Shown here piece by piece: positions 31,087 to 42,832 of a DNA stretch of 64,000 nt. Location: assembly GCA_965225945.1 (NCBI GenBank), contig CBDDBZ010000039.1, forward strand, positions 576,001 through 640,000, given 5' to 3'. How positions within the stretch are numbered: the stretch's first letter is position 1; every line of letters begins with the position of its first letter. The position numbers were made by a program, and so were the translations under genes. This DNA comes from Alphaproteobacteria bacterium (lineage in GTDB: Bacteria > Pseudomonadota > Alphaproteobacteria > GCA-2731375). Below the pieces are notes generated by a model. The model was given only the letters and a program-made list of their open reading frames with translations. It had not been told where the DNA came from and made no database searches.

Positions 31087-32436
31087 ATGGAGAGAACGCC
31101 GATGTGCCACATCCGAGCCGCCTTCGCTCTCATGGTCATGCTGACCCTATCGTCTCTCGGCCATGGCGTGGGCGCCGTCGAGGTCGACATCACCAGGGGC
31201 AACGTCGACCCGCTGCCCATGGCGGTTCCCGACTTTCACGGCACCGAGGAGGAGTCCCGGCGCGTCGGTCGCGACATGGCGGGGGTGATCTCGGACAACC
31301 TGGAACGCACCGGCCTATTCAAGCCGGTCGACCGCAAGGCCTTCCTGGAACGGCCCGAGGACATGGTGGTGCAGCCGAACTTCTCGCAATGGCGGGTGAT
31401 CAACGCCCAGGCCCTGGTCACCGGCAAGATCGCGGTGAAGTCGGACGGCCAGCTCAGGGTCGAATTTCGCCTTTGGGACGTGTTCGCCTCGGAACAGATG
31501 GACGGCTTCGGCTACGAGACCACGCCGGGCAACTGGCGGCGAATCGCGCACATCATTTCCGATGCCATCTATAAGCGGCTTACCGGCGAGGAAGGCTATT
31601 TCGATACCCGAATCGTCTATGTCGCGGAGAAAGGGCCGCCGGACCGCCGGCAGAAGCGCCTGGCGATCATGGACCAGGACGGTGACAACAATCGTTTTCT
31701 CACCGACGGCAGCTATCTGGTGCTGACGCCACGGTTCTCGCCGAGCCGCCAGGAGATCACCTATCTCTCCTACTATCGCGACAAGCCGAGGGTTTACATT
31801 TACAACATCGACACCGGGCGCCAGGAGGTGTTGGGCGATTTCCCGGGCATGACCTACGCCCCCCGCTTCTCTCCCGACGGCGACCGGGTGATCATGAGCT
31901 TGGCGCAGTCCGGCAATTCCGAGATCTACACCATGGATCTCCGCACCCGGGTCATTCGTCGCCTGACGAGAAACCCGGCGATCGACACCTCGCCCTGCTA
32001 TTCGCCCGATTCGAAGCGGATCGTCTTCAACTCCGACCGTGGCGGCTCGCAGCAGCTCTACGTGATGGACGCCGACGGCGCGAACCAACACCGCATCAGC
32101 TTCGGCAAGGGCCGCTACGCGACCCCCGTCTGGTCGCCGCGCGGCGATCTGATCGCCTTCACCAAGTTCCGCAAGGGCCGTTTTCACATCGGTGTCATGC
32201 GGCCCGACGGCAGCGGCGAGCGGTTGTTGACCGAGAGCTTCCTCGACGAGGCGCCGACCTGGGCGCCGAACGGCCGGGTGCTGATGTTCTTCCGCCAGGA
32301 GCGCAGCAAGAGGGACGGCGTGGCCGGCCGGGTGCGGCTGCGCTCGATCGATCTCACCGGCTACAACGAACGCGAGGTCATTACGCCGATGGATGCCTCG
32401 GATCCGGCCTGGTCGCCGCTCGCGCCCTTGAATTGA
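31087..32436 (+). CDS. tolB: TolB
   Basis: [14 protein letters not shown]40 repeats (PRFSP) and SDPAWSP. Confidence 0.97.
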   Translation: MERTPMCHIRAAFALMVMLTLSSLGHGVGAVEVDITRGNVDPLPMAVPDFHGTEEESRRVGRDMAGVISDNLERTGLFKPVDRKAFLERPEDMVVQPNFSQWRVINAQALVTGKIAVKSDGQLRVEFRLWDVFASEQMDGFGYETTPGNWRRIAHIISDAIYKRLTGEEGYFDTRIVYVAEKGPPDRRQKRLAIMDQDGDNNRFLTDGSYLVLTPRFSPSRQEITYLSYYRDKPRVYIYNIDTGRQEVLGDFPGMTYAPRFSPDGDRVIMSLAQSGNSEIYTMDLRTRVIRRLTRNPAIDTSPCYSPDSKRIVFNSDRGGSQQLYVMDADGANQHRISFGKGRYATPVWSPRGDLIAFTKFRKGRFHIGVMRPDGSGERLLTESFLDEAPTWAPNGRVLMFFRQERSKRDGVAGRVRLRSIDLTGYNEREVITPMDASDPAWSPLAPLN

Positions 32437-32643
32437 GACGATGGGATCGATAGAGTTCGCGGCGAACAAATTCGGTGGTTCTCGATAATATGTCGGTGAA
32501 GCGGGGACGATCCGGGGCCGGGCGTCACATTGACGGTTGCGCCCGACAGGGCTCGGAGTTTATTCGTTCGCGCGTAAAGTCGCCGGAGCATGGAGATCCC
32601 ACCGGCGACGATCGCTCACGGTACCGAAAAAGGAGTTGGTTAC

Positions 32644-33174
32644 ATGCGGTTTCGTAACATCGGCCTGAAGGCCTTCTGCCTCATCGCCGCGCTGGGATTG
32701 GCAGCCTGCACGACGCAGGAGGAACAGGCGACCGATACGGGCTCGACCGGCCAGGCGCCACAGTCCACGCAGGCGCAGCCCGTGACCGCGCAACCGGCGG
32801 TGCGCGAGGGACCGGCGCCGGGTTCGCAGGAGGACCTGGACCTCAACGTCGGCAGCTTGGTCTTTTTCGATTACGACCAGTCCGACCTGACGTCCGAGGC
32901 CCAGGCGACGGTCAAGAGTTGGGCCGAGTGGCTCCGGAAGTATCCGGCGGTGACGGTCACGCTCGAAGGCCATTGCGACGAGCGCGGCACGCGGGAGTAC
33001 AACCTCGGTCTCGGTGAGCGACGAGCCAGTTCCGCGCGCAATTTCCTGGTGGCCCTCGGCATCGACGATAGTCGCCTCGGCACGATCTCCTACGGCAAGG
33101 AGCGGCCGGTATGTGGGGGCTCGAACGAAGCGTGCTGGTCGCAGAACCGCCGCGATCACATGATCGTCAACTGA
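32644..33174 (+). CDS. pal: Peptidoglycan-associated lipoprotein
   Basis: Lipobox LAAC, EGHCDERGTREYN and SYGKERP; AAGGAG RBS. Confidence 0.96.
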   Translation: MRFRNIGLKAFCLIAALGLAACTTQEEQATDTGSTGQAPQSTQAQPVTAQPAVREGPAPGSQEDLDLNVGSLVFFDYDQSDLTSEAQATVKSWAEWLRKYPAVTVTLEGHCDERGTREYNLGLGERRASSARNFLVALGIDDSRLGTISYGKERPVCGGSNEACWSQNRRDHMIVN

Positions 33175-33411
33175 CCGCTTCCAACCGGCCCGGCGACGGC
33201 GCCCGACGACCGGCCCCTGCGTGGTCGGCGCTCGGGCGCTCTTGCATGCGGCGGGCGGGTCTCCCGCGCCGCCCGACCGGGCTCGCCGCCCATGGCATGA
33301 TTCCCGCAAGCGCGATCATCCGGCTCGCACAAGGCTCGAAACCTAATTTCGCCGCATTTGGTCGTCATCTTGGCGGCATCGGTTCGTGAGGGGATGGATA
33401 AGGGGCCAGCC

Positions 33412-34395
33412 ATGTCGAGGAAGCGCGCGAGGGGTCGGATTTATTGGTCGGCGCTGGGTATTTGGGCGTTGATCGCCAGTTTCGCGGTCGTGGCCGACAC
33501 CTCCGCGCAGAGCGGCGTCACCCGCTCGCTGTTGAAGAAGATCGACAGTCTGGAGCGCAAGGTCGAGGACCTCGAGCGGCAAGTTTATCGAGGCGAGACA
33601 CCGCAGTCGCGGCCCGCATCTGCGGCCGCCGGCGGGCGGGACGCCGACCGGCGCGCCGCCGGCGTCGAACTCAGGATCACCGCGCTCGAAGACCAGCTTC
33701 GCGCGATTACCGGGCGGCTGGAGGAGAGCGAGCATCGCGTGCGCCAGCTCGAAACCCGTCACGAGCGCTTGGTCGGCGCCATGGACGCGCGGCTCAGGGA
33801 ACTCGAGCACGGCCTCGAGGGCCTCTTGGCGGGTCGAGGGCCGGCGGCGGTGGACGCCGAGGGGACGGTGGGCTCGGGTGATGCGACGACGGTGGTCTCC
33901 GGCGCCACGGCGGTCGAGCCGCGGGCAGTCGACCAGGCGGGTGGCGGCACGGCCACCGCCGGTCTCCGCACCGCGCCGGCCGCGCCCCGGCTCATCGTGC
34001 TACCGGACGGCACGCCCCGGCAGCAATACGACTACGCCCAAGCCCTGCTTCGCAAATCCAAATTCGATGCGGCGGAGCAGGCTTTCAGTGCCTTCATGGA
34101 ACTCCATCCCGACAACAAATTGGCGCCTGCGGCGAACTACTGGCTCGGCGACACGCTCTTCCTGCGCAAGGCGTACGAAGAGGCGGCGCGCGTTTTCTTC
34201 GAGGGCTATCAGCGTTTTCCCAAAGGTGCCAAGGCCAACGACACCCTGCTGAAACTCGGCCTGTCGCTCGCGCGGCTCGATCAGGTCGAGGAAGCCTGCG
34301 CGATGTACCGGGAACTGCTGACCCGCCTGCCGAAACGGGAGCGGCGTCTGCGCCCGCGCGCCGAGCGGGAGCGGCGCGACAACAAGTGTGGTTGA
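33412..34395 (+). CDS. cpoB: Cell division coordinator CpoB/YbgF
   Basis: Signal peptide, coiled coil and TPR (ANYWLG, LLKLGLS...AC); follows pal. Confidence 0.9.
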   Translation: MSRKRARGRIYWSALGIWALIASFAVVADTSAQSGVTRSLLKKIDSLERKVEDLERQVYRGETPQSRPASAAAGGRDADRRAAGVELRITALEDQLRAITGRLEESEHRVRQLETRHERLVGAMDARLRELEHGLEGLLAGRGPAAVDAEGTVGSGDATTVVSGATAVEPRAVDQAGGGTATAGLRTAPAAPRLIVLPDGTPRQQYDYAQALLRKSKFDAAEQAFSAFMELHPDNKLAPAANYWLGDTLFLRKAYEEAARVFFEGYQRFPKGAKANDTLLKLGLSLARLDQVEEACAMYRELLTRLPKRERRLRPRAERERRDNKCG

Positions 34396-35773
34396 GCCGC
34401 GCGCTTCCGCGAGGAAGACGACCGAGGCGGACGGCGGCGCGCCGAGGCTCGATGCCGGGCAATTCGATGCCGCCATGGCCCGGCTCGGCCCTTACGAACC
34501 CCATCCACGCCTGGCCGTGGCCGTCTCCGGCGGTGGTGACAGCATGGCCCTCGCGCACCTCGCCGCCGCCTGGACATGGGCGCGGGGGGGGGAAGCGGTC
34601 GCGCTCACCGTCGACCACGGTCTTCGCCCGGAAGCGGCCGACGAGGCGGCCTGGGTGGGCGCGCGGATGCGGGCCCTCGGTCTCCCCCATTTCGTTTCGA
34701 GGCCCTGGGAGGTCCCGCCCGCGAGCGGCATCCAGGCTTGGGCTCGGAGCGTGCGGCGCGCGCTGCTCGCCGCCTGGTGCCGCGACCATGGCGTGATCCA
34801 TCTCCTGCTCGCCCACCAGCGCGAGGATCAGGCGGAAACCCACCTGATGCGCCGCGCCCGAGGCGATGGGCCCGGCGCGGCCGCGATGGCCCCAATTGTG
34901 GCGCGAGACGGGGTTCGCGTGCTTCGGCCCCTGCTCGACGTTTCGCGCTGCTCGCTCCGCGCCTATTTGCGCGCCCGCGGGATCGAATGGCTGGAGGATC
35001 CGAGCAACGTCGATCTGCGCTTCGAGCGGGCTCGTCTGCGCCGGCGGATGACGCCGGGGGAGGCCGATGTGGCACTCGGGCGCGCGGCGGCGGCGGCGGC
35101 CTCGCGAGGGATGATGGAAGGCGAGACGGCGCGGGCGGCCGCCCTCGTGCTATCGCCCGCGCCCGCCGGATTTTGCCTCCTGGACGGCGCCCTGTTCGCG
35201 CCCCTGCCCAGGGCGATCCGCCGGGCCCTCCTGGCGCGCGTCGCCGCCAGCGTCGGCGAGCGCGCTTGGCCGCCCCGGCGCGAACGGGTCGAGCGATTGG
35301 ATTCGGCAATTGCCGGCGGCGACCTCGGCCGGGGGCGAACGCTCGCCGGCTGCCGGGTGTTGCCGTGGCGGGAGCAAATTTTGATCTGTCGCGAGCACCG
35401 CCGGGCAACCCTGCCGCCGGCGATCGCGATCAGCGACGACGGCCCTGTTCGTTGGGATCGCTTTCAAGCCCGCCTCATCGGCCTCGCCGGCCGGTGCTGC
35501 GAGCTCCGGCTCGGCGCCCTCGGCCGCGCCACCCCGGGGACAGGCCGAGAACGGGCCCGCGTACCGGCGCCGGCACTGGCGAGCCTGCCGGCGCTCTACG
35601 ACGCGAACGGCCCGCTCATCGTCCCCCACCTCGGCTTCCGCCGGGCCGATGCCGGCGCGCTCCGCCTGGAAATCGAGCTCGAACCCCGCAACCCGATCGT
35701 CGCCTGGCCCTTCCCCGTGACCGGAACCGCTTGCGATCCTCGGTCTGGAGCGCCAGATTGCGCCGATGAATAA
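34388..35773 (+). CDS. tilS: tRNA(Ile)-lysidine synthetase
   Basis: AVSGGGDSM, VDHGLR, AHQREDQAET, RPLL and EDPSN. Confidence 0.93.
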   Translation: MVEPRASARKTTEADGGAPRLDAGQFDAAMARLGPYEPHPRLAVAVSGGGDSMALAHLAAAWTWARGGEAVALTVDHGLRPEAADEAAWVGARMRALGLPHFVSRPWEVPPASGIQAWARSVRRALLAAWCRDHGVIHLLLAHQREDQAETHLMRRARGDGPGAAAMAPIVARDGVRVLRPLLDVSRCSLRAYLRARGIEWLEDPSNVDLRFERARLRRRMTPGEADVALGRAAAAAASRGMMEGETARAAALVLSPAPAGFCLLDGALFAPLPRAIRRALLARVAASVGERAWPPRRERVERLDSAIAGGDLGRGRTLAGCRVLPWREQILICREHRRATLPPAIAISDDGPVRWDRFQARLIGLAGRCCELRLGALGRATPGTGRERARVPAPALASLPALYDANGPLIVPHLGFRRADAGALRLEIELEPRNPIVAWPFPVTGTACDPRSGAPDCADE

Positions 35774-36470
35774 TCGCGACCGCAACGTGGGGCCGGTGCC
35801 GAGGCTCGACCATGTCGAGTATTGGATCTTCGATCTCGACAACACGCTCTATTCCGCCCGGCACAACCTGTTCGCCCAGATCGACCAGCGGATGGGGGAG
35901 TTCGTCGCCGATTTTCTGGATCTCGATCCGGTGGCGGCGAAGCGGGTCCAAAAATCCTTCTTCCACCAGCACGGCACCACGCTTCGCGGCATGATGCTGG
36001 AGCACGCCATGGCGCCGGAACCCTTCCTCGACTACGTGCACGAGATCGACCTCTCCGTGATCCCGCCCGACAGCCGGCTCGACGCGGCCCTCGAAAGCCT
36101 GCCGGGACGGAAGTTCATCTTCACCAACGCGTCGAGCGGGCATGCCGATCGGGTCACCCGCCGTCTCGGCATTCGCCGTCATTTCGAGGATCTCTTCGAC
36201 ATCGTCGATTGCGACTACCTGCCGAAGCCGACGCGGGCGCCGTACGAGAAGCTGCTGTCTCGCCATGGCATGGAGGCCCGCCGCGCCGCCATGTTCGAGG
36301 ATATTCCCCGCAATCTGGAGCCCGCCGCCGCGCTAGGCATGACCACGGTCCTGGTGCCCAACCCGAGCGCCTGGGCGCGCGACGGTTCGGATGGCGGCCA
36401 CATCCACCACGTGGTCGAGGATCTAGGCGAATGGCTCGCCGCCGTCGCCCGGGCCCGCGCCGCCGGTTGA
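35766..36470 (+). CDS. Pyrimidine 5'-nucleotidase (HAD)
   Basis: WIFDLDNTLY, FTN, PKP and MFEDIPRNL. Confidence 0.92.
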   Translation: MNNRDRNVGPVPRLDHVEYWIFDLDNTLYSARHNLFAQIDQRMGEFVADFLDLDPVAAKRVQKSFFHQHGTTLRGMMLEHAMAPEPFLDYVHEIDLSVIPPDSRLDAALESLPGRKFIFTNASSGHADRVTRRLGIRRHFEDLFDIVDCDYLPKPTRAPYEKLLSRHGMEARRAAMFEDIPRNLEPAAALGMTTVLVPNPSAWARDGSDGGHIHHVVEDLGEWLAAVARARAAG

Positions 36471-36525
36471 CAGGGCGCGCGTCCGGGATTAGTCCCGGCG
36501 CGACGTGTTTCCGGGAGGGATGACG

Positions 36526-37371
36526 ATGGACACGGCGAGGCTCGAAGCCGCAATCGATGCCGCCTGGGAAGACCGTGACGCCCTGAGTCCGGCCACCGGG
36601 GGCGAGACCAGAGAGGCGATCGAAGCGGCGCTCGATGGGCTGGATCGCGGCGACTTTCGCGTCGCCGAGAAGCGGGCCGAGGGCTGGCACACCAACCAGT
36701 GGCTGAAGAAGGCGGTGCTGCTGTCCTTCCGGCTCTACGACATGGCGCCGGTTCCGGGCGGTCCCGGCGAGAACGCCCCCTGGTTCGACAAGGTGGCGTC
36801 TAAGTTCGAAGGTTGGGGCGAGAACCGCTTCCGCGACGCCGGCTTCCGCGCGGTGCCGAACTGCATCGTCCGCCGCTCCGCCCATATCGCGCCGGGCGTC
36901 GTGCTGATGCCCTGCTTCGTCAATCTCGGTGCCCGGGTCGGCGCGCGCACCATGATCGATACCTGGGCCACCGTCGGAAGTTGTGCCCAGGTCGGCGAGA
37001 ATTGCCATATCTCCGGCGGCACCGGGATCGCCGGGGTGCTGGAGCCGCTGCAGGCCGATCCGGTGATCATCGAGGACAACTGCTTCGTCGGCGCGCGATC
37101 CGAGGTGGCGGAAGGCGTCATCGTCGAGGAGGGCTCGGTGCTGTCGATGGGCGTCTACATCGGCGCCTCGACCCGCATCATCGACCGCAACAGCGGCGAG
37201 ATCCACCAGGGCCGCGTGCCGGCCTATTCGGTCGTCGTGCCGGGCACGTTGCCCGGCGGAACGCTGCCCGACGGTTCGCCCGGACCCAACCTCTACTGCG
37301 CGGTGATCGTCAAGACGGTCGATGCCGGCACCCGGGCCAAGACCTCGATCAACGAGCTGCTGCGGAGCTGA
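36526..37371 (+). CDS. dapD: Tetrahydrodipicolinate N-succinyltransferase
   Basis: [23 protein letters not shown] and KTSINELLR. Confidence 0.97.
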   Translation: MDTARLEAAIDAAWEDRDALSPATGGETREAIEAALDGLDRGDFRVAEKRAEGWHTNQWLKKAVLLSFRLYDMAPVPGGPGENAPWFDKVASKFEGWGENRFRDAGFRAVPNCIVRRSAHIAPGVVLMPCFVNLGARVGARTMIDTWATVGSCAQVGENCHISGGTGIAGVLEPLQADPVIIEDNCFVGARSEVAEGVIVEEGSVLSMGVYIGASTRIIDRNSGEIHQGRVPAYSVVVPGTLPGGTLPDGSPGPNLYCAVIVKTVDAGTRAKTSINELLRS

Positions 37372-37394
37372 GGCGCGGACGCGATGGCCAGCCG

Positions 37395-38537
37395 ATGACG
37401 AATCGTGCCGGCGTCGATGCGCTTCGGCTGGCCGGCGAGTTGATCCGCTGCGAGAGCGTGACGCCTCTCGAGGGCGGCGCGCTCGATCTCTTGGGCGATG
37501 TGCTGAGTGGCCTCGGCTTCGTTTGCCACCGTCTGCCTTTCGCCGAGGTCGACAATCTCTACGCGCGTTTCGGCACCACCCGCCCCAACTTCTGCTTCGC
37601 CGGCCACACCGACGTGGTGCCGAGCGGCGATCCGGGCGAATGGAAGGTGCCGCCCTTTGCCGGCGAAGTGGTGGACGGCATGCTCGAGGGACGCGGCGCC
37701 GCCGACATGAAGGGGGCGATCGCCGCCTTCGCCGCCGCCGCCGCCGGCCTGATCGAAGCGCGGGGCGCATCGCTCGACGGCTCGATCAGCCTGCTCATCA
37801 CCGGGGACGAGGAAGGTCCCGCCGTCAACGGCACGGTGAAGGTGCTGGACTGGCTGGGTGCCAACGGCGAAAGGCTGGACCATTGCCTGGTGGGCGAGCC
37901 GACCAATCCGACCCGGCTCGGCGAGATGATCAAGAACGGTCGCCGCGGCAGCCTGAACGCCTGGATCACCGCGCACGGCGCCGGAGGCCACGTCGCCTAT
38001 CCGCACCTCGCCGACAATCCCGTGCCGCGCCTCACGCGCATCTTGCGGCGCCTGCAGGACCGCCGTTTCCATGATGGCGACGACCAATTCCAGGCGACCA
38101 ACCTGGAAGTGACGGCGATCGAGGTCGACAGTTCCGCCACCAACGTCATTCCCGGCGCCGCTAGGGCGCGCCTCAACATTCGCTTCAACACCCAGCACTC
38201 GGGCGCCAGCCTCTCCGAGTGGTTGCGCCGGCAATGCGCGGCGGTAGGTGGCGAGAACGAGTTGGAGATCCAGGTGAGCGGCGAGCCGTTCCTGACCGCG
38301 CCCGGCGATTTCACCGACCTCCTGATCGCGGCGATCGAGGCCGAGACCGGCATCCGCCCCGAGCTCTCGACCACCGGCGGCACCTCGGATGCGCGCTTCA
38401 TCAAGGATCATTGCCCGGTGGCCGAGTTCGGCCTGATCAGCCGGACCATGCATAAGGTCGACGAACGGGTCGCCGCCGCCGACATCGAGGGCCTGACGCG
38501 GATCTACGCCCGGATTCTCGAAAGCTATTTCGCCTGA
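37395..38537 (+). CDS. dapE: Succinyl-diaminopimelate desuccinylase
   Basis: [29 protein letters not shown] and GGTSDARF. Confidence 0.96.
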   Translation: MTNRAGVDALRLAGELIRCESVTPLEGGALDLLGDVLSGLGFVCHRLPFAEVDNLYARFGTTRPNFCFAGHTDVVPSGDPGEWKVPPFAGEVVDGMLEGRGAADMKGAIAAFAAAAAGLIEARGASLDGSISLLITGDEEGPAVNGTVKVLDWLGANGERLDHCLVGEPTNPTRLGEMIKNGRRGSLNAWITAHGAGGHVAYPHLADNPVPRLTRILRRLQDRRFHDGDDQFQATNLEVTAIEVDSSATNVIPGAARARLNIRFNTQHSGASLSEWLRRQCAAVGGENELEIQVSGEPFLTAPGDFTDLLIAAIEAETGIRPELSTTGGTSDARFIKDHCPVAEFGLISRTMHKVDERVAAADIEGLTRIYARILESYFA

Positions 38538-38538
38538 G

Positions 38539-39117
38539 ATGGTGAGCCGGGCCGAAATCAACAGCTCGATTTACGGGGCTTGGCGCGTCGCCTTCATCGA
38601 CCCGGCCGCATTGCGCTATTTCAACGTGACGATCGAGGGCTTCTGGCACTCCTTCGTGGCGATCCCCATCACCCTCGTTCTCGTGCTGCCGCAGTTCGTT
38701 TTCGACCATGCGGCAGCGCTGCGCGAGGGGGCGGAGACGGTCTCGGTCGAGCTCTTCACGACGGTAAAGGTGGCGACGTTTCTGGCGGTGTGGATGGTTT
38801 TTCCGGTGGCGATGATCTGGATTTCTCGCCTCCTCCGACTCACCGATCGCTACGTCCAGTTCATCATCGTGTGGAATTGGGGCAACGTGGTGGGTAGCGC
38901 CTTCATGTTGCCGGCGGCAGCACTTCACGGCTTTGCCTTCCCCACGGAGGGGATGGCGGGAACGATCCTGCTGATGTTCGTATTGGCGCTGCTGTATTAC
39001 GGCGTCCAGGTGGCGCGGGCCGGGCTCGCCTGCGGCCTCGGGACCGCGGTCGGCATCCTCGTCTTCGAATTCGTTCTGCACATGTTGATCGACGCGCTCG
39101 CCAGGACCGTCACGTGA
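38539..39117 (+). CDS. Conserved hypothetical membrane protein
   Basis: About 5 hydrophobic segments, GFWHSF and WNW; coupled to dapE. Confidence 0.75.
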   Translation: MVSRAEINSSIYGAWRVAFIDPAALRYFNVTIEGFWHSFVAIPITLVLVLPQFVFDHAAALREGAETVSVELFTTVKVATFLAVWMVFPVAMIWISRLLRLTDRYVQFIIVWNWGNVVGSAFMLPAAALHGFAFPTEGMAGTILLMFVLALLYYGVQVARAGLACGLGTAVGILVFEFVLHMLIDALARTVT

Positions 39118-39874
39118 CCGCCGCCCCGCCCTCTTCCGGATAGCCTACGGAGACGAGATAGAGGCCGTCGGGCGGCGCCACGGGGCCGCAGGCGGCGCGG
39201 TCGCGGGCAGCAAGCGCGGCTTCGAGGTCCGCCGCTGACCAGGCACCCTCCCCCACCCGCTTCAAGCTGCCGACGATCGAGCGGACTTGAGTGTGCAGGA
39301 ACGAGCGTGTCCGCGCGGTCACGTGGATCTCCTCGCCCACCTCCACCACCTCCAGCCCATCGAGGGTCTTCACCGGCGACTCGGCCTGACACTCGGCGGC
39401 GCGGAAGGTCGTGAAATCATGCCGGCCCAGGAGAATTGGCGCCGCGTCGGCCATCGCCGCCACGTCGAGCCGGCCCCCCACGTGCCAGACCCGGCCGCGC
39501 GTCATCGTCGGTGGCGGCCGGCGGTTCAACAGGCGATAGCGGTAGCATCTCTCGACGGCGGCGAAACGGGCGTGGAATTCGTCGCCGACGGCCCGGACCT
39601 CCAATACCGCAATCGCCGCCGGCTTCAGGTGGAAGTTGGCGGCGTCGCGGATCGCGTCGAGCGGGCGCGCCGGCGCCAGATCCACATGGGCGACCTGGCC
39701 CAGCGCGTGCACCCCGGCATCGGTCCGCCCCGCGCCCTGGACCGTCGGGGGTGAATTCGCGAGCGGCGCCAACGCCGCCTCCAGCGCCGCCTGGATCGAG
39801 GGCCCGTTGATTTGCCGCTGCCAGCCGACAAAGCCGCGACCGTCATATTCGATGGTGAGGCGGTAGCGCGGCAT
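39110..39874 (-). CDS. truA: tRNA pseudouridine(38-40) synthase
   Basis: [18 protein letters not shown] and APPDGLYL. Confidence 0.97.
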   Translation of the reverse strand: MPRYRLTIEYDGRGFVGWQRQINGPSIQAALEAALAPLANSPPTVQGAGRTDAGVHALGQVAHVDLAPARPLDAIRDAANFHLKPAAIAVLEVRAVGDEFHARFAAVERCYRYRLLNRRPPPTMTRGRVWHVGGRLDVAAMADAAPILLGRHDFTTFRAAECQAESPVKTLDGLEVVEVGEEIHVTARTRSFLHTQVRSIVGSLKRVGEGAWSAADLEAALAARDRAACGPVAPPDGLYLVSVGYPEEGGAAVT

Positions 39875-39877
39875 GGC

Positions 39878-40801
39878 TCAGCCGAGCCGGCTTCCCGGCG
39901 CCAGCGCCACGCCGCGCAGGAAGGCCTCCGCGTCGAGCGCTGCCTTGCCCGCCCGTTGCAGCCGCAAGAGGCGAAGCGCGCCCTCGCCGCAAGCCACCCT
40001 CGGGCCCGTGTCCAGCACGGTACCCGGGGCGCCGTCCCCCACCACGGCCTCGGCCAGAAGCAGCTTGATCCGCTCATCCTCGAATTCGAACCAGGCGCCG
40101 GGATAGGGCGAGAGCCCGCGCACCCGGTCGGCGAGCCGCTTCGCCGCCAGCGTCCACTCGATCCTCGCTTCCGCCTTGTCGATTTTGTGGGCGTAGGTGG
40201 CGCCGATCTCCGGTTGCGGCCGGGCCACGAGGTCGCCGGCGTCGAGACCGGCGAGGGTCCGGAGCATCAGCGCGCCGCCGGCCTCGGCCAGTCGATCGTG
40301 CAACTGACCCGCCGTCATCAGCGGCGCAATCCCAATCCGCTCGGCCAGCAACATCGGCCCGGTATCGAGGCCTTCGTCGATCGCCATGGTGGTGATGCCG
40401 GTCTCCTTGTCGCCGGCCATGATCGCCCGCTGTATCGGCGCCGCGCCGCGCCAGCGCGGCAACAGCGAGGCATGCAAGTTGAGGCAACCGAGGCGTGGCG
40501 CCCGAAGCATCGCCGGCGGTAGGATCAGGCCGTAGGCGACGACCACGGCGGCGTCGAGCTCGAGTTCGGCGAAGGCCGCCTGCACCGCCTCGTCGCCGAG
40601 GCTGGTCGGATGGGCGAGCGCGAGTCCGTGCGCCCGCGCCACCACCTCGACCGGCGACGGCCGGGCCCGATGGCCCCGCCCGGCCGGGCGGGGCGGCTGG
40701 GTATAGACGCGGCGGATGTCGTGCCCGGCGGCGATCAGCGCCTCCAGCGTCGGCACCGCGAAATCGGGCGTTCCCATGAAGGCGAGGACGCGCGGCCGCA
40801 T
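39878..40801 (-). CDS. fmt: Methionyl-tRNA formyltransferase
   Basis: FMGTPDFA and [15 protein letters not shown]. Confidence 0.97.
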   Translation of the reverse strand: MRPRVLAFMGTPDFAVPTLEALIAAGHDIRRVYTQPPRPAGRGHRARPSPVEVVARAHGLALAHPTSLGDEAVQAAFAELELDAAVVVAYGLILPPAMLRAPRLGCLNLHASLLPRWRGAAPIQRAIMAGDKETGITTMAIDEGLDTGPMLLAERIGIAPLMTAGQLHDRLAEAGGALMLRTLAGLDAGDLVARPQPEIGATYAHKIDKAEARIEWTLAAKRLADRVRGLSPYPGAWFEFEDERIKLLLAEAVVGDGAPGTVLDTGPRVACGEGALRLLRLQRAGKAALDAEAFLRGVALAPGSRLG

Positions 40802-40824
40802 CGCCCCTCTCCCGCCCGGCCGGC

Positions 40825-41346
40825 TCAGGCCGAGGCCTTTTGCTTGCGCGACTTGATCAGCTTGCGCAGGATGATGTTCCGCTTCAGCGCCGAGAGATGG
40901 TCGACGAAGAGGATTCCGTCCAGGTGGTCGTATTCGTGCTGGATGCAGCGGGCGAGGATGGCGTCGGCCTCCAGCGTGCGCTCGACCCCGTCACGGTCCC
41001 GGTAGCGGACCGTGCAGCTCGAAGGCCGCTCGATCTCGGCGAAATGCTCGGGCAGCGACAGGCAGCCTTCGCTGTAGACCGCGCCCTCGTCGGAAACCCG
41101 GTCTATCACCGGATTGATCAGGAAATGCGGCGCGCGGGAGCCGTCGTCGTCGTGGCTGACGTCGAGCACGATCAGCCGCTTCGCCACGCCCACCTGGATC
41201 GCCGAGAGGCCGATGCCCGGCGCCTCGCGCATCGTCTCCAGCATGTCGTCCATCAACCGGCGGAGCTTGTCGTCGATGTCCTCCACCGGTTCGGAACGCA
41301 CCTTGAGACGCGGGTCCGGGGCGATGATCACGGGCAACAGGCTCAT
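40825..41346 (-). CDS. def: Peptide deformylase
   Basis: [13 protein letters not shown] and QHEYDHLDG. Confidence 0.97.
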   Translation of the reverse strand: MSLLPVIIAPDPRLKVRSEPVEDIDDKLRRLMDDMLETMREAPGIGLSAIQVGVAKRLIVLDVSHDDDGSRAPHFLINPVIDRVSDEGAVYSEGCLSLPEHFAEIERPSSCTVRYRDRDGVERTLEADAILARCIQHEYDHLDGILFVDHLSALKRNIILRKLIKSRKQKASA

Positions 41347-41387
41347 GGACGTAATCCGGGCGGCGGCGTGGCGTTACGCGCCCGGGT

Positions 41388-41416
41388 TACCTAGTCGCTC
41401 CCCCGAAAAGCGTCAA
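41388..41416 (-). promoter_or_regulatory. Putative promoter of def-fmt-truA
   Basis: The minus strand reads TTGACG-N17-TAGGTA about 40 bp upstream of def. Confidence 0.4.
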
Positions 41417-41582
41417 GCCGGAGCGGGACCTCGCGGGGTGGCTCGGCCGGATCGAGGAGGTCCGGCTCGAGGACCCGGCGGCGGCGATCGCCCCGCCGCC
41501 GGGCGAGGAGTCCCCGCCGGCTTGATTTTCCAAGCACCGAGCCGCAGGCTTTGGCCCGACGAGCAAGCGGGGCGAGGGACAG

Positions 41583-42830
41583 ATGCGGCAAGACGGGGCG
41601 GAAATCGGCGCCGAGATCGAATGGCCGAGGGGCGACAACACCCGCGTGCCTTACCAGGTCTTCATGGACGAACGGGTCCACGCCCGCGAGCAGGCGCGGA
41701 TCTTCCAGGGCCCGAGCTGGCAGTTCCTCTGTCTCGCCGACGAGGTGGCGGCGCCCGGCGACTGGAAGACCGGCTTCCTCGGCGAGACGCCCATCGTCGT
41801 CACCCGTGACGAGAAGAGCGCGATCAACGCCTTCGAGAACCGCTGCGTCCACAAGGGCTCGCTGGTTTGCCTGGCCGACCGGGGGAACGACGCGGCGCTC
41901 ACCTGCGTTTACCACAACTGGACATACGACCTGGCGGGAAGGCTGCAGAGCGTCGCCTTCCGACGCGGCATCAAGGGCGAGGGCGGCATGGGCGAGGGCT
42001 TCCGGCTGGCCGATCACCGCCTACGGCCGCTCCGGGTGGCCGAAATCGCCGGCCTCGTCTTCGCCACCTTCGCTTCGGACGGGCCCAGCCTCGAGGACCA
42101 TATCGGGCCCGAGATCGTCGCGCGCCTGCACCGAGTGCTGAACCGCCCCGTCCGGATCCTCGGCTATCACGCGCAGTATTTGGCGAACAACTGGAAGCTC
42201 TACGTCGAGAACGTCAAGGACACCTACCACGCAGGGCTACTGCACCTCTTCTTCGCCACCTTCAAGCTGAACCGGCTCGCCTCCGAGGGCGGCGTCGTGA
42301 TCGACGAGAGCGGCGGCAACCACGCGAGCTATTCCCGCCGCCGGACCATCCACGCCGACGACGAATACGATTCCGACCGGCTGCGCGCGAGCCGCGAAGA
42401 CTACGCGCTGGCCGATCCCTCGCTGCTGGACTCGATCGACGAGTTCGGCGACGGCATCAACGTGCAGATCCTGACCGTGTTCCCAAATTTCGTATTGCAG
42501 CAGGTGGAGAACTCGATCGCCGTGCGCCAGATCTTGCCGAAGGGGCGGTACGAGACGGAGCTGCTCTGGACCGTGCTGGGCTTCGAGGACGACGACGAGG
42601 CGATGGTCGAAATGCGCCTGAAGCAGGCCAACCTGATCGGCCCCGCCGGCTACATCTCGATGGAGGACGGCGCCGTCGGCGGCTTCGTGCAGCGGGGCAT
42701 CCACGGCGGCGGCGATGCGGCCTCCATTGTCGAGATGGGGGGCGCGGGCGAGGTAAGCCAAGCGACACGGGCGACCGAGGCCTCGGTGCGCGGCTTCTGG
42801 CGCGCCTACCGCCGGGCCATGGGCTATTGA
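41583..42830 (+). CDS. Rieske ring-hydroxylating oxygenase alpha subunit (salicylate 5-hydroxylase/anthranilate/ortho-halobenzoate group)
   Basis: Rieske motif NRCVH...CVYHNW, mononuclear Fe ligands ENVKDTYHAGLLH, and GPAGYISMED. Confidence 0.92.
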   Translation: MRQDGAEIGAEIEWPRGDNTRVPYQVFMDERVHAREQARIFQGPSWQFLCLADEVAAPGDWKTGFLGETPIVVTRDEKSAINAFENRCVHKGSLVCLADRGNDAALTCVYHNWTYDLAGRLQSVAFRRGIKGEGGMGEGFRLADHRLRPLRVAEIAGLVFATFASDGPSLEDHIGPEIVARLHRVLNRPVRILGYHAQYLANNWKLYVENVKDTYHAGLLHLFFATFKLNRLASEGGVVIDESGGNHASYSRRRTIHADDEYDSDRLRASREDYALADPSLLDSIDEFGDGINVQILTVFPNFVLQQVENSIAVRQILPKGRYETELLWTVLGFEDDDEAMVEMRLKQANLIGPAGYISMEDGAVGGFVQRGIHGGGDAASIVEMGGAGEVSQATRATEASVRGFWRAYRRAMGY

Positions 42831-42832
42831 GA

